From the NCBI RefSeq assembly GCF_018977255.1, contig NW_024705400.1, forward strand, positions 1 through 48,135: DNA of 48,135 bases, given 5' to 3'. A model generated the notes under the pieces. It saw only the letters and a program-made list of their open reading frames with translations. It was not told the origin of the DNA and ran no database searches. The translations under genes were made by a program, and so were the position numbers. Source of the DNA: Callorhinchus milii. Lineage: Eukaryota. This document shows positions 10,575-24,600 of this stretch, piece by piece. Within the stretch, counting starts at the first letter, position 1, and the number at the start of each line of letters is the position of its first letter.

Positions 10575-13500
10575 GTGAGGAAGGATATATATTGGCTCTA
10601 AAGGGGGTGCAGCGCTGATTCACCAGAATACTTAAAGGTTTAAATTACGAGGATGAATTCACTTGCCTCTCTTACAAGCAATTCCCCTCTTGCCTATGAA
10701 TCACAAACTAGACCGACAGAGAGATACGCGCACAACGAAAAGCGCAGACAAGACACGTATGCGCACACACACACACACACACACACACACGGACAGAGAG
10801 ACGACAACAACAACAAACTGCATAACCTTGGTATGTATTCCCTTTAGTATAGAAAGTTGAGGGATGATCTAATGGAGGTTTTTAAATAATAACAGGGTTC
10901 GATAAACATAAACAGAAGCTATTGCCTCTCGTGGGGGAATCCAGAACAATAATAAGCCTTGAATTTGATTTACCGCCTTATCACGTCTTCGAGTCGTCTC
11001 AGAGCAGTTCATTGAACAAACCGTAAAGTGAACTGACCTTTGCTTTGTGGGCGAAACATTTTGTGTTTTAAAATTAGAGATAAGCCGCTTAGCAGTGAAA
11101 TGATACAAAAGGGAGTAGAAATCTGGAACTCTCTCCCACAAAAGGCTGTGGATGCGGGAACCATTCGAATTTTTACGACCACTGCCTTTTCTCTTAATGT
11201 TTTTCAGTTGTAAGGGTCAGAATAACAAGCGATAGAGCGTCTTCACCCTCTATGACTCGATACCTTGTCAGACAAATTACGGTATGTGACATACAAACAA
11301 AAATATACAGTAAAGTCACTTTACAGTATATTGTGTGAAGCACTTTGGGACGTCTCAAAGACGTGATGAGGTGCTATATTAAATGCAGGGATTATTAATA
11401 TTACACTGTGTTCCAGCCAGGACTGGCGATTCATTCATAACAGGAAAGCGTCCCAAGGCACTGGACAGTAAAGGCCCTCTCCACCATCGTCGGGTCTTAG
11501 CCTCTCTCCCCCCCACCCTGTGGAAGTCCATCTCGCTCTGCCTTGCTCCCTCCCTGGCCTCGCTCCCTCAAGAACCCCCCTCTTCGACCGGGTCTTCGGT
11601 CATCTTTCTACCCCCCACCCTCCGCCCCTCTTGGTCCCAATCCACAGCTCGAGAAGCTATTGCCTCCAGTGGGTGCGGGAATCCAGATCAAGGGGTATCA
11701 CCTTAAAATTAGAGCGAGACCATTCAGCAGTGAAATTAAGACAGTTTTTCACCCAAAGGGGAGTGCAAATTTGGAACTCTCTCCATCAATAGGCTGTGGA
11801 TTGTGGATCTATTCACATTTTTAAGATGGGAGTTCGATAAGATATTTGTTAGGTCAGGGCATTAAGGGATACGGGGCGAGGGCGGGGAATTGGGAATGGA
11901 GGTACTGATCAGCCATGATCTTATAAATGGCGGAACAGGCTGGAGGGGCTGAATAGCCTACTCCTGTTTCTATGAATCCGAATGCAAACCCGTTTTATTT
12001 TGTGCAATAGGGAGCCAGTGGAGCCCAGTGAGGACTCGGGTGATACTCCGGAACGGAGGTCAGTATGGGTGAGTATGCGAGTGGCGCATATGTCGCTTTT
12101 GTAATTATCATGTCTATTTTCTGAGCAGATGTTCAAGGGATCCGAAATGATGAAGAGAGTTGAACACTTCTACACAAGGAATAGCGGCCGTCTCTGTGGC
12201 TATACACCTAAGGACAATTACCGAAATGAAGACTATCTGCTATCGGGTGAGTGTTGTGCCTTATCATTCACATGTGGAGTCCTGTAGCGTAGGGGTTAGT
12301 GCGCTCGCCTCGCAAGCAGGAGGAATTGAGTTTGATTCCTGGGCAGGAAGAAACCTTGGCAAGTTTCTTTACTGCACACACAAAATCAGAGGTAGACCAT
12401 TTAGAAATGAAATTAAGAAGCAGTTTTTTCCCCCCAAAGGGCAGTGGATATCTGAAACTCTCTCCCCCAAAAGGCTGCGGAAGCTGGATCTACTCATTTT
12501 CAAGGTGGAGGTAGAGAGATATTTGTTAGGTCAAGGGATGGAGCGAGGGCGGGGAATTGGGAATACAGGTACAGATCAGCCATGACCTTATAAATGGCAG
12601 AACAGGTTGGAGGGGCCTCTGTTTATCTCGCGATAAATTGGAACATGTTTGTTAGTCGATTAGTCGGTGGCTTTTCCGGGTAATAATTCTTCCAAAATTT
12701 GTTTTAAAAACTTACGTACTCAATCCACGACTGTTTGTAATACTAATCCTTGCATTTGATATAGAGCGTTATCACATTGTTGAGACATCTCAAAGCACTT
12801 CACAGAATATACTGTAGTTAATGACTGTAAATTGTGACCGAAATCGACAGCCAATTGTGCACAGCATTATCCCACAAACAGTCATGGGTTGAGCAATCAC
12901 TTTGTTTTAAGTTATTTTATTTTGAAGGGATTATTACCCCCCGGAAAAGCAAGACGTCGCGAAGATGTGATCAGGCACTGTATCAAATGCGAGGAGTATT
13001 ATTATTTAAAATGAATCCTGTGCAGTACTTTGAGGCATGAGAGTCCGGACGTGAAAGCATTATAAAAAATCCAAAGATAAATATTACTATCATTACTACG
13101 GTGTCTCTCACTTGTTTTCTTCCAACTCCCCAGGTATGAGAGAAACCTCGATCAGCATCAGGGTGACTTCGTGTGACTTTGTCATGCCCTGGAAAGAGCT
13201 GACAGAATACCAGCGGAATTCAATGCAACAGAAGTACTCGGATGGTTGCGAATGCGAGGTATTGAGATCTTTTTTGGTCAGCCGGGAGTCTGACACATGC
13301 GGAAATCCATCACCGTCCTTAAGAGTCTCCAAACCCAACTGAGAATCTCATGGATCCCACCTACACGTGGAAATCCCAAAGAAAAGATTGTTGGAATGCT
13401 CTGCGCGATCTCTCTCTCTCTCTCCCTGGAGGCACACATCCTACTTACCTAATTCCAGAGAGTATTAGGAGCAGATTGACAAGAGCCAAGGCTTGGGAGG

Positions 13501-14565
13501 AGCCCAGGGTCGGCATTGGGTTAACTGCTTGAGTCGAACCTGCTAAAATCACATAGCTTGGGAATTGATATCCAATGCAATGAGGATCACTTTCTGGGGG
13601 TACACTAATGGTCCTGCACACTACTGGGTGCAATTGGCTGCGCGTTTCACCCACAAAATATACAGTCACTGCACTTTACAGTATATTCTGTGAAGTAGTT
13701 TGAGAAGTCTCGAATACATGATCAGGCGCTATATCAAATGCAAGGATTATTATTATTAAGAACATCAGAATTTTCTAGGCAACAGAAGACCAAAGTGGAG
13801 TCCTGTAGCTCAGTGGTTAGAGCACTCGCTTTGCAAGAGAGAGACCTGAGTTCAATTCCAGGCAGAGGGCGAAACCTCGGGCAAGTTTCCTTACTCCACA
13901 CAGAGCCTAATAATAATCCCTCCAAAACCAAAACAATAATAAATTGGTCATTTTCAATCTACGACTGTTTGTGGGACATCGCTGTGCGCAATTGGCTGCC
14001 GCGTTCGCCCACAAATGTACAGTCAATTCACTTTACAGTGTGTTCTGTGAAGCGCTTTGGGATGTCCTCCCGACGTGAAAAGCGCTATATCAAATGCGAG
14101 GATTATTATTATTATTATTATTAAAGTCCATCTTGTTTGCCTCCACCGTGTTGGCAGTCGCTTGACATGTCGTGCCCCAAACTATATACTGCGTCCCCAG
14201 ATTTTTTTTATAGCAGAAATCAATCTAATTTGTCCTTGAAGCAAATGACGTTTTCTGCTTCCGCCGTCTCTCTCGGGAGTGAGCCTGTTCTATAAGTTTA
14301 CCACTCACGCCACTGAAGCAGTTTCTGCCGATGTCCTCTGAATTTACCCCCTTCAATCGCAGACTGTTAATAAACAATTAAGAATATTATTATTAATCAT
14401 AAGAAGTCTCTTGAATAGAACTCTAAGTGTCTGTGGGAAGGGAGCAGGAAGTGTTGCGGAATAGAACAGGGGGTCTCCTGAGTCAGGAAGTGTGGGGTCA
14501 ATGCTGAGCCTAATAGTTCTGATGTTTCTCACTCACATATTCTTCCACAGATTATCCCGTGCTAC
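10460..14565 (+). CDS. timp1-like: TIMP-family copy B (exons 1-4 and first 15 nt of exon 5; remainder at 23968-24099)
   Basis: Exons 10460-10574, 11208-11281, 12129-12246, 13134-13258, 14551-14565 give [149 protein letters not shown]. As assembled it stops at 14580. Confidence 0.9.
11208..11281 (+). CDS. timp1-like: TIMP-B coding exon 2
   Basis: TTTTTCAG acceptor, GTATG donor; phase matches. Confidence 0.85.
12129..12246 (+). CDS. timp1-like: TIMP-B coding exon 3
   Basis: MFKG..FYT..LCGY..YLLSG motif. Confidence 0.9.
13134..13258 (+). CDS. timp1-like: TIMP-B coding exon 4
   Basis: 125 nt; [18 protein letters not shown]. Confidence 0.92.
13795..14123 (+). mobile_element. Same SINE family, full-length (mirrored at ~17529-17857)
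   Basis: Near-identical to 688-1010. Confidence 0.9.
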
Positions 14566-14582
14566 TTTTATTATCATTAGGA

Positions 14583-15449
14583 TCAGCCCGGCTCAGGCGC
14601 TGTGTGTCAGCCCGGCTCAGTCGCTGTGTGTCAGCCCGGCTCAGTCGCTGTGTATCAGTCTGGCTCAGCCGCTGTGTGTCAGTCTGGCTCAGTCGCTGTG
14701 TGTCAGCCTGGCTCAGTCGCTATGTGTGTGTGTCAGTCTGGCTCAGTCGCTGTGTGTCAGTCTGGCTCAGTCGCTGTGTGTCAGTCTGGCTCAGTCGCTG
14801 TGTATCAGTCTGGCTCAGCCGCTGTGTGTCAGTCTGGCTCAGTCTGTGTGTGTCAGCCTGGCTCAGTCTGTGTGTGTGTGTCAGTCTGGCTCAGTCTGTG
14901 TGTGTCAGCCTGGCTCAGTCTGTGTGTGTGTGTCAGTCTGGCTCAGTCGCTGTGTGTGTGTCAGCCTGGCTCAGTCGCTGTGTGTCAGCCTGGCTCAGTC
15001 GGTGTGTGTCAGCCTGGTTCAGTCGCTGTGTGTGTGTCAGCCCGGCTCAGTCGCTGTGTATCAGTCTGGCTCAGTCGCTGTGTGTGTCAGCCTGGCTCAG
15101 TCGCTGTGTATCAGTCTGGCTCAGTCGCTATGTGTGTGTCAGCCCGGCTCAGTCGCTGTGTATCAGTCTGGCTCAGTCGCTGTGTGTCAGCCCGGCTCAG
15201 TCGCTGTGTATCAGTCTGGCTCAGTCGCTGTGTGTGTGTCAGCCCGGCTCAGTCGCTGTGTATCAGTCTGGCTCAGTCGCTATGTGTGTGTGTCAGCCTG
15301 GCTCAGTCGCTGTGTGTCAGTCTGGCTCAGTCGCTGTGTGTCAGCCCGGCTCAGTCACTGTGTGTCAGCCTGGCTCAGTCGCTGTGTGTGTGTCAGCCCG
15401 GCTCAGTCTGTGTGTGTGTGTCAGCCCCGGCTCAGTCGCTGTGTGTCAG
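14583..15449 (+). repeat. Minisatellite, 24-30 bp unit CAG(C/T)C(C/T)GGCTCAGTCGC(TG)n
   Basis: Direct reading; source of the spurious Cys/Val/Ser ORFs. Confidence 0.95.
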
Positions 15450-15552
15450 ACTTGCTCTCGAGTTGAAAGGTGTTGTATCAGATGTGAGGATTATAATTTT
15501 TAGTTGTTATTTTATTAGTAATAATTTCAACCATTCGATCAATTTCTTTCAG

Positions 15553-15615
15553 GTGACAACCCCCAAATTCCCCGTTGTTGTCAAAATGGGGCACGCTTAC
15601 TCTGGAATGGGGAAG
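15553..15615 (+). CDS. syn1: syn1 exon 6
   Basis: 63 nt, [21 protein letters not shown]. Confidence 0.95.
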
Positions 15616-18600
15616 GTAAGAGCGCTCTCTTTCTCTCTCTCACACACACACACTCTCACACACTCTCACACACTCCCTCCCACTTCCACTCACTGTCACA
15701 CTCTCACACACACACTCTCACACACTCACACACATTCCCTCCCACTTCCACTCACTGTCACACTCTCACACACTCACACACTCTCACACACACTCACACA
15801 CATTCCCTCCCACTTCCACTCACTGTCACACTCTCACACACACACACTCTCACACACTCACACACATTCCCTCCCACTTCCACTCACTGTCACACTCTCA
15901 CTCACACACACTCTCACACACACTCACACATTCTTACAGACTCACACATTCTCACACACACTCACACTCTCTCACCTCCGGACCGGCGCGACTTATCACC
16001 TTCAGCCCAGTCAACCTTTTCAGGACTTCCTCTCTGTTTATACTTATCCTATCCATTTCCTCTGCCCTCTCCTCCGAACTGCGGCATTTGTGCATCCACT
16101 TCTTTTGTAAGACAGATGACAAAGTACTCATTCAGCACATCAGCCATTGCCTCCACAATAAGATTTCCGCCTTCTACCTTTGACTAATCCTTTTTTCTTG
16201 TATGTTTGTGAAATATTTTAGAATTCCCTTTAGTGTTACCCGCTAACCTTTCTTCGTATAACCTTTTTGCCCCTCTTACTTCCTTCATCAGTTCTCTTCT
16301 GTACTTCCTATATTCGATTTGGTTGTCTTCCGTATCTCGGGTTTGACAGTTGTCACACTTCTCCTTTTTCTGCTTCATTCTCAATACAATTACCTTCGTC
16401 ATCCAGGGAGGTTTGGAAGCCCTACTTTTCCCTTTTGTGGGAATGTATTTGTTCTGTCCCCGAGCTTCTCATCCTTGAAGACCTCCCACTGCTCTTTAGT
16501 TGTGTTACCTGCCAATCTTTCTTTCCAATCTTTCCTGGCTCGGTCCCTTTTTAACTCACTGAAATTTGCCCTCTTCCAGTTGAGTACCTTCAGCTTAGAT
16601 GGTTCCTTGTCCCTTTCCATATGTCCTCTGAATCTAATGATGTTGTGATCACTGTTGCCCAGACGCTCTCCCACTGAAACCTGCTCCACTTGCCCTACTT
16701 CATTCCCCAGAACTAGATCCAGCACTGCTTCCTTCCCCGTTGGGTTGGAAACGTACTGATCAAAAAAGTTGTCCTGTATGCATTTTAGGAATCTTTCTCC
16801 CTCCTTGGCCTTCGAGCTGTTGTTTTGCCATTCCGTGTTGGGATGATTAAAGTCCCCCATTATCGCGACTGGCATCTGTCTGAGATCTGTTTGCAGATCT
16901 GCTCATCTATTTCCTTCCCACTATTTGGTGGTCTATAGTACAACAACAACAACAAGAAGATTACATTTATAAAGCGCCTTTCACGTCAGGAGGACGTCCC
17001 TAAATATACTATAAAATAGTATATCCCTACCAGATTGTGACAGTGAGTCAGTGTGAGAGTGNNNNNNNNNNNNNNNNNNNNNNNNNGTAGCACGGGATAA
17101 TCTGTGGAAGAATATGTGAGTGAGAAACATCAGAACTATTAGGCTCAGCATTGACCCCACACTTCCTGACTCAGGAGACCCCCTGTTCTATTCCGCAACA
17201 CTTCCTGCTCCCTTCCCACAGACACTTAGAGTTCTATTCAAGAGACTTCTTATGATTAATAATAATATTCTTAATTGTTTATTAACAGTCTGCGATTGAA
17301 GGGGGTAAATTCAGAGGACATCGGCAGAAACTGCTTCAGTGGCGTGAGTGGTAAACTTATAGAACAGGCTCACTCCCGAGAGAGACGGCGGAAGCAGAAA
17401 ACGTCATTTGCTTCAAGGACAAATTAGATTGATTTCTGCTATAAAAAAAATCTGGGGACGCAGTATATAGTTTGGGGCACGACATGTCAAGCGACTGCCA
17501 ACACGGTGGAGGCAAACAAGATGGACTTTAATAATAATAATAATAATAATCCTCGCATTTGATATAGCGCTTTTCACGTCGGGAGGACATCCCAAAGCGC
17601 TTCACAGAACACACTGTAAAGTGAATTGACTGTACATTTGTGGGCGAACGCGGCAGCCAATTGCGCACAGCGATGTCCCACAAACAGTCGTAGATTGAAA
17701 ATGACCAATTTATTATTGTTTTGGTTTTGGAGGGATTATTATTAGGCTCTGTGTGGAGTAAGGAAACTTGCCCGAGGTTTCGCCCTCTGCCTGGAATTGA
17801 ACTCAGGTCTCTCTCTTGCAAAGCGAGTGCTCTAACCACTGAGCTACAGGACTCCACTTTGGTCTTCTGTTGCCTAGAAAATTCTGATGTTCTTAATAAT
17901 AATAATCCTTGCATTTGATATAGCGCCTGATCATGTATTCGAGACTTCTCAAACTACTTCACAGAATATACTGTAAAGTGCAGTGACTGTATATTTTGTG
18001 GGTGAAACGCGCAGCCAATTGCACCCAGTAGTGTGCAGGACCATTAGTGTACCCCCAGAAAGTGATCCTCATTGCATTGGATATCAATTCCCAAGCTATG
18101 TGATTTTAGCAGGTTCGACTCAAGCAGTTAACCCAATGCCGACCCTGGGCTCCTCCCAAGCCTTGGCTCTTGTCAATCTGCTCCTAATACTCTCTGGAAT
18201 TAGGTAAGTAGGATGTGTGCCTCCAGGGAGAGAGAGAGAGAGATCGCGCAGAGCATTCCAACAATCTTTCTTTGGGATTTCCACGTGTAGGTGGGATCCA
18301 TGAGATTCTCAGTTGGGTTTGGAGACTCTTAAGGACGGTGATGGATTTCCGCATGTGTCAGACTCCCGGCTGACCAAAAAAGATCTCAATACCTCGCATT
18401 CGCAACCATCCGAGTACTTCTGTTGCATTGAATTCCGCTGGTATTCTGTCAGCTCTTTCCAGGGCATGACAAAGTCACACGAAGTCACCCTGATGCTGAT
18501 CGAGGTTTCTCTCATACCTGGGGAGTTGGAAGAAAACAAGTGAGAGACACCGTAGTAATGATAGTAATATTTATCTTTGGATTTTTTATAATGCTTTCAC

Positions 18601-21600
18601 GTCCGGACTCTCATGCCTCAAAGTACTGCACAGGATTCATTTTAAATAATAATACTCCTCGCATTTGATACAGTGCCTGATCACATCTTCGCGACGTCTT
18701 GCTTTTCCGGGGGGTAATAATCCCTTCAAAATAAAATAACTTAAAACAAAGTGATTGCTCAACCCATGACTGTTTGTGGGATAATGCTGTGCACAATTGG
18801 CTGTCGATTTCGGTCACAATTTACAGTCATTAACTACAGTATATTCTGTGAAGTGCTTTGAGATGTCTCAACAATGTGATAACGCTCTATATCAAATGCA
18901 AGGATTAGTATTACAAACAGTCGTGGATTGAGTACGTAAGTTTTTAAAACAAATTTTGGAAGAATTATTACCCGGAAAAGCCACCGACTAATCGACTAAC
19001 AAACATGTTCCAATTTATCGCGAGATAAACAGAGGCCCCTCCAACCTGTTCTGCCATTTATAAGGTCATGGCTGATCTGTACCTGTATTCCCAATTCCCC
19101 GCCCTCGCTCCATCCCTTGACCTAACAAATATCTCTCTACCTCCACCTTGAAAATGAGTAGATCCAGCTTCCGCAGCCTTTTGGGGGAGAGAGTTTCAGA
19201 CATCCACTGCCCTTTGGGGGGAAAAAACTGCTTCTTAATTTCATTTCTAAAAGGTCTACCTCTGATTTTGTGTGTGCAGTAAAGAAACTTGCCAAGGTTT
19301 CTTCCTGCCCAGGAATCAAACTCAATTCCTCCTGCTTGCGAGGCGAGCGCACTAACCCCTACGCTACAGGACTCCACATGTGAATGATAAGGCACAACAC
19401 TCACCCGATAGCAGATAGTCTTCATTTCGGTAATTGTCCTTAGGTGTATAGCCACAGAGACGGCCGCTATTCCTTGTGTAGAAGTGTTCAACTCTCTTCA
19501 TCATTTCGGATCCCTTGAACATCTGCTCAGAAAATAGACATGATAATTACAAAAGCGACATATGCGCCACTCGCATACTCACCCATACTGACCTCCGTTC
19601 CGGAGTATCACCCGAGTCCTCACTGGGCTCCACTGGCTCCCTATTGCACAAAATAAAACGGGTTTGCATTCGGATTCATAGAAACAGGAGTAGGCTATTC
19701 AGCCCCTCCAGCCTGTTCCGCCATTTATAAGATCATGGCTGATCAGTACCTCCATTCCCAATTCCCCGCCCTCGCCCCGTATCCCTTAATGCCCTGACCT
19801 AACAAATATCTTATCGAACTCCCATCTTAAAAATGTGAATAGATCCACAATCCACAGCCTATTGATGGAGAGAGTTCCAAATTTGCACTCCCCTTTGGGT
19901 GAAAAACTGTCTTAATTTCACTGCTGAATGGTCTCGCTCTAATTTTAAGGTGATACCCCTTGATCTGGATTCCCGCACCCACTGGAGGCAATAGCTTCTC
20001 GAGCTGTGGATTGGGACCAAGAGGGGCGGAGGGTGGGGGGTAGAAAGATGACCGAAGACCCGGTCGAAGAGGGGGGCTCTTGAGGGAGCGAGGCCAGGGA
20101 GGGAGCAAGGCAGAGCGAGATGGACTTCCACAGGGTGGGGGGGAGAGAGGCTAAGACCCGACGATGGTGGAGAGGGCCTTTACTGTCCAGTGCCTTGGGA
20201 CGCTTTCCTGTTATGAATGAATCGCCAGTCCTGGCTGGAACACAGTGTAATATTAATAATCCCTGCATTTAATATAGCACCTCATCACGTCTTTGAGACG
20301 TCCCAAAGTGCTTCACACAATATACTGTAAAGTGACTTTACTGTATATTTTTGTTTGTATGTCACATACCGTAATTTGTCTGACAAGGTATCGAGTCATA
20401 GAGGGTGAAGACGCTCTATCGCTTGTTATTCTGACCCTTACAACTGAAAAACATTAAGAGAAAAGGCAGTGGTCGTAAAAATTCGAATGGTTCCCGCATC
20501 CACAGCCTTTTGTGGGAGAGAGTTCCAGATTTCTACTCCCTTTTGTATCATTTCACTGCTAAGCGGCTTATCTCTAATTTTAAAACACAAAATGTTTCGC
20601 CCACAAAGCAAAGGTCAGTTCACTTTACGGTTTGTTCAATGAACTGCTCTGAGACGACTCGAAGACGTGATAAGGCGGTAAATCAAATTCAAGGCTTATT
20701 ATTGTTCTGGATTCCCCCACGAGAGGCAATAGCTTCTGTTTATGTTTATCGAACCCTGTTATTATTTAAAAACCTCCATTAGATCATCCCTCAACTTTCT
20801 ATACTAAAGGGAATACATACCAAGGTTATGCAGTTTGTTGTTGTTGTCGTCTCTCTGTCCGTGTGTGTGTGTGTGTGTGTGTGTGTGCGCATACGTGTCT
20901 TGTCTGCGCTTTTCGTTGTGCGCGTATCTCTCTGTCGGTCTAGTTTGTGATTCATAGGCAAGAGGGGAATTGCTTGTAAGAGAGGCAAGTGAATTCATCC
21001 TCGTAATTTAAACCTTTAAGTATTCTGGTGAATCAGCGCTGCACCCCCTTTAGAGCCAATATATATCCTTCCTCACCCACGTCAGTGCTACAGAAGGCGC
21101 TCTGGAGATGGAGTGCTGTACAAGTGCAGGCTTGAGAGAGTCTCCCAACAGACAGCAGGACAACTAGAACGCCAAGCAGCTTGACGGTCATGGCTGTTCG
21201 TTGAAGAGCAAATAAATTTGATCTGACTGAGGAAAGATCCGAAGACTTCTGAAAATGTAGAGGACAAACATTACAATGGTTAGAAAGTACTCTTTCCCTT
21301 TGAAAGCCTTCCGTTGCTTTGCTCCCACCCTTTGGCACTCCATCCCCTGGTCCTCTTATTTTGCTCCCTCTCTCACCTCCTTCGAGACCCGTCTCAAGAT
21401 CCTCCTGTTCAACCACGCGTTCGGTCACCCTCCTATTCCTACCCTCCCTGTCCTACACCACCCCTGATCCTTTACCTCAGCTCATCCAAACCCCTGACTA
21501 TCCAGTGCTTATGAAGTGCTCCCGACCTGAAAGGCACTTTACAAATGCTAATAATACATCACTGACTCTCTTGACCAAAGTAGCAGAAACATAAGCCGCT

Positions 21601-24600
21601 CCACCATAGCTGTATTGTGGACAACCACCAGGAAGGACCTGGATTTGATTCCTGGGCAGGACAGGGCGAAACCTTAGGCAAGTTTCCTTCCTCCACGTGC
21701 ATCTGTTTGCCTCGCAGTAAGTAGGAACCCGGTTGTTAGTCGATTGTTGGATCGCTTTCTGGGGGTAATAATCCCTTAAAAGAACGTTATCACTCAATCC
21801 ACGGCAGTTTGTGGGACACTGCTGTGTGCCATTGGCTGCCACGTTTCGCCCACAAAATACACAGTCAGTTCACGCAGTATTTAAAGTGAAGCCCTTGAGA
21901 CGTCTCAAACACGTGATAAGGCACTACATCAAATGCAAGGATTATTATTATTAATGACGGGAACACGTCGATGGTCCTGGCAGTTGCTTGGCATATTGTG
22001 TCCCAAACTATAAACTGTATCCCCAGATATTATTTTCTAACAGAAATTGATCACAATTATTCTTGGAAGAATCAACACTCCTTTGCTTGCCGTCTGTCTG
22101 CCTGGGAGCCGGTTCCATACGTTTATTTCTCACTCACTGAAGTAGTATTTCCGCAGATTTGTTCTGAATTTCAATCGCAGGCTACAATCCTGTAGTTCTA
22201 CTTTTCAGTACAAGATAAAACAGCTCATCAAACAGCTCCATATTCCCTTTAGAATCCAAAAGAACATAATCATATCACCCCTGAACCTTCTCTTCTCCAG
22301 TCTGAACATGTCCAGTTTATCTAATAATAATAATAAATCTAATCGCTCCTCATAGTCCAGTTTCTCCATAGACACAGTGGGTTTATGTCTCAGTCAGTGA
22401 CTGTGTCTCAGTTCAAACAAAATAGTCTCAACCTCTGTTTCCTGAGGAGAGAAGTCTTACCTTCTCAATAACACCCTCTCCTCACGTGCACTCTCACACT
22501 GTCTTTCTCACTCACTCTCAATGGGTTGGTTGGTTACTTGGTTGGGTGGTCAGTTGGTTGTACGCACACTCTCTCTCTCTCTCTCTCTCTCTCCTGCTGT
22601 CTGTCTTCCTCCACCTATATGTAGCCCGAGTTTATCAGTCCCTCCCACAACCTCAACCTGTCTCCCGCCCTCGTGGGTTGGTCAGGGTTTGAGAGCTCGC
22701 AGTTAATAATAATAAACCTTGCATTTGGCGTCGTGGCTTGTCACGTCTTCAAAACATCTCAAAGCGCTTTGCAGAATATACTTCGCAAAATAACCAGACG
22801 TGTGGAGTAAGGAAACTTGCCCAACGTTTCTCGCTGCCAGGAATCCAACCGGGTCTTCTCGTTTGCGAGGCAAGTGCTATAACCGCTGAGCTATGGGGCT
22901 ACACCATGCGTAGCGCCTGTGTAAAGTTCGGTCACGCTCTTTCCCCATTGAGTCAGAAGTTTGCGGGTTCAAACCCCACGTCGGGAATAGAGTTTGAACC
23001 CACAAATCCACTTTGTTTGTGTGAGCAATGATTCACAACAGAACCACAACCAGTTACGAGACACATGACGGTAACAGACAGACAGGTGTCGCAGCAGAAA
23101 TAATTTATTATACGATGTGGAGACAGAAAGGTTTACTTATTTCGTGTAGACGTAGAGAGATAGAGCAACAGGGAAGCACTGGTTGTATGTTTTAAAGAGA
23201 ACATGTTCAATCTTAATGTGCGGCTCAGGTAAGCTTTCCTCGTCAGGACTTTGCAATATAATAATAACAGCTTTGATTTATTTAGTGCTCCTCAGGCAAA
23301 GTCGCGATCCCAGAGCGCTTGACAGTGGTGGAGCACAACCCGTCTTAATCCCAACTTTGAACTCAGGTCCGAATCCCTGTCTGTGCAGCGCCTCGGGACA
23401 TCCTCCTGACGTGAAAACAGACATTGGTGATTTATTCTGTAACTGCAGGTGCGCTCTGTGCACAGTTTAAGCTGTTGGGGAAGGATATGTGAAAGAGAGG
23501 AACCCATTTCCTTTTGTATTCACGATACTGCCTCTTCTTTTCCCTGTTCCAATCTATTTTGGACACTTCCTATTGTAATCCCTCAATACTTCTTGTTCTC
23601 TGAACAGTAAAAATAATACTAATCCTTGCATTTGATATCACTTCGCCTCAAAGCACTTCACAGAATATACTGTAAAGTGTAGTGACTGTATATTTTGTAG
23701 GCGAAATGCAGCAGCTAATTTTTTTAAGGGATTACAGTGCTTTTCACGTCTTCTAGACGTCTCAAAGCGCTTCACCGAATATGCTGTTTAGTGAATAAAT
23801 TGTATATTTGTGGGCGAAACGCGGCAGATGATTGCGCGCAGCAGTGTCCCACAAACAGTCGTGGATTGAAAACGACCAATTTCTTATTGTTTTGTCTTTG
23901 GAGGGATTATTCCCTGTGGGGGTTCAAGCCCCAGGTCGGGAATAGAGTTCGAACCCACAAATCCACTTCAAAACCATGCAAACCTTCGAGACACTGGGAA
24001 ACCCAGTGCATTTGGGAACTGGAAAACTCACGGAGTGGACAACGGTACGATTATAGAGCCTGCCTAAAAACGTCCTCCGGAACCTGTAAATGGGATTAAG
24101 ATGATATCCCTATCACCGCACCCCCCCATCGGCTGATAGAGGTAACAATGAATTTGAAGATGAATTAAATATTTCCTCCCTCCACCGTGCCCTCCCACCT
24201 CCTACCCTTCTTGACCATACCCACAACCCCACCCGCCTGTAAAGAGGCAATTTAATAAGGCAGAAATTCAATAAAATATCCTTTCAACTGCATTCTCCAT
24301 CTACAATTGTCCAGAATCATTTCACCTATTCATTAATAATCCTCAGTCACCATATTAGGATCGCACCTCATCACATCTTCGAGACATTTCAAAGCGCTTC
24401 ACAGAATTTACTGTAAAGTGAATTGACTATATATTTGTGGGCGAAACAGAGGTGTGTGTGAAGTAAGGAAACGTGTGCTTGCTTGCCTGCCGCTCGATCT
24501 TCTCAGTATATAAGTAAACCTTTCTGTCTCCACATCGTTTAATCAATTATTTTTGCCGGCACAAGTTCCTCTCTGTTATCGTCATATGTCTCATGGAATG

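Noticed and set aside
14492..16110. Long Cys/Val/Ser-rich ORFs (314-502 aa), also at 36091-37150
   Set aside because: Translations of a stop-free minisatellite, open in all three frames. Only the embedded 63-nt syn1 exon 6 is genuine.
17087..22704. A third functional, antisense TIMP gene in syn1 intron 6
   Set aside because: Nearly identical to TIMP-B including introns and repeats, and truncated at the gap at the same base. More likely an allelic copy; kept only as part of the rearrangement finding.
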